Shown here piece after piece: positions 32,760-33,627 of a stretch of DNA of 33,627 nucleotides. The stretch is from positions 1 to 33,627 of IMG/VR virus record IMGVR_UViG_3300023314_000006, one strand, 5' to 3'. Each line of letters starts with the position of its first letter. The stretch's first letter is position 1. Source of the stretch: a virus (lineage: Duplodnaviria; Caudoviricetes). The translations under genes and the position numbers were made by a program. The notes beneath the pieces are model-generated. The model searched no databases. It was not told the DNA's origin and saw nothing but the letters and a program-made list of their open reading frames with translations.

Positions 32760-33251
32760 TCAGTTAGTTAATACGTTTGTTGTCTTAGCCCCTGTAATAT
32801 TTAAAGGAGCAGGCGGAACATAAGCCCCTCCCGCTCCGGCTATTCCGGCGGTAATAGCTGCATCAAGGCCTGCAAGATACGTAGCTAAGGCGGTATTCAA
32901 GCCCTCCCATTGCGTAAAATGATTTACAGGTGTGCCGGTGCCGATGGTTATGTTTGTAGCGGTGGCATATACGTAGTATTTTAGCGCGCCTGATGTGTCG
33001 GTGCTGTACATCATACTCTCCCCCTCATTCACGGGCTTTGCGGCCTTTACGATGTAGCCCACTATCACATTATCCATGCGGTTAGCGGTGTCCATATACA
33101 CCGCCGTAGTCTTCGCTATGGGGCTGCTGACCCATCCATAAGGCGCAACATCATAACACTCCCTTGCGTCCGTCTTGCTGGTAACAAGTGCAGTAATAAG
33201 CCTAAGCCCTGCCTGTATTGCACTGCTTACAACCTTGCTAAGTGCGATCAT
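32760..33251 (-). CDS. Mu gp45-like baseplate spike protein
   Basis: PYGWVSSP...AVY...VIVGY...VNEGES..YS. Confidence 0.65.
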   Translation of the reverse strand: MIALSKVVSSAIQAGLRLITALVTSKTDARECYDVAPYGWVSSPIAKTTAVYMDTANRMDNVIVGYIVKAAKPVNEGESMMYSTDTSGALKYYVYATATNITIGTGTPVNHFTQWEGLNTALATYLAGLDAAITAGIAGAGGAYVPPAPLNITGAKTTNVLTN

Positions 33252-33625
33252 GCGAATATATTTTTAGGCACGTCATTATTAAATACCTCTGGCAATACGC
33301 AATATAACCGGGCTGTCTGGCTTCGCTCATCTGCTTTGTAATCGGCAGTTAGAATAAAGAAACTGGCAGGCTTGTACAAGTGCAATTCAGGGTTTGTTAT
33401 CGAAATAATATCACCGGGCTTCGCTATCTTACCATTAAGTTCCCACCCCTGCATATCTATTATCAAAGGTATAGATTTAAGTTCCTCTGATAAGATATTT
33501 CTTTGGGCTTTATCGGCCTGCGTCCCCGCTGTCAGCATGGCGACCTTTGGCCGAAATCCTAACTTTGGGTTTTCTGGATTGCCGATGGTGTTATTGAATG
33601 CCACACCGAGATAGTTAATCCTGCT
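33248..33625 (-). CDS. Mu gp44/gpP-like baseplate hub, C-terminal part; begins beyond the right edge
   Basis: Frame is open to the edge; QGW..NG...KPG..I.I.NP...F.I....Y..D...TA.L..V.PE.F. Confidence 0.65.
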   Translation of the reverse strand, partial: SRINYLGVAFNNTIGNPENPKLGFRPKVAMLTAGTQADKAQRNILSEELKSIPLIIDMQGWELNGKIAKPGDIISITNPELHLYKPASFFILTADYKADERSQTARLYCVLPEVFNNDVPKNIFA

Positions 33626-33627
33626 AC

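Noticed and set aside
21872-33614. Many plus-strand ORFs opposite the late genes
   Set aside because: Antisense shadows of well-supported genes with no motifs; only 30563-30751 lies in a real gap
1-33627. Stop-codon reassignment
   Set aside because: Genes are full length and tightly coupled under the standard code; the one split gene needs a frameshift, not read-through

Overview
A 33.6-kb slice of a dsDNA tailed phage (or prophage) of a Bacteroidota host. The host is inferred from repeated TTTG-N18-20-TAnnTTTG promoters, A-rich leaders without Shine-Dalgarno sites and signal peptides ending before Gln. From left to right: a leftward early/replication arm (replication initiator cut by the window edge, DUF1064 nuclease, SSB-like protein, DNA methyltransferase, SNF2-like helicase, YqaJ exonuclease plus RecT-like annealase, PAPS-reductase-like protein, YopX, many small ORFs); a divergent promoter pair at about 11.65 kb; a rightward arm of small genes (HNH endonuclease, DUF3310, DUF4406, dUTPase); then a leftward late arm (Mu-like baseplate hub and spike, gpW, lambda-type portal, Clp protease, decoration protein, major capsid E, neck genes, fibre-like genes, holins, morons, CHAP endolysin). 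No terminase, integrase, CI repressor, tRNA or CRISPR array was seen. The main observations are: (1) four fibre-like late proteins carry Sec-type signal peptides, and one has 12 canonical Bacteroidota O-glycosylation sequons and no Glu in 535 aa, suggesting exported and possibly host-glycosylated phage fibres; (2) two sequence-unrelated leaders of replication genes share the same kissing-loop RNA architecture; (3) three promoter elements occur at exact 75-bp spacing, framing two putative small RNAs. All family calls come from motif recognition by eye; no database searches were run.
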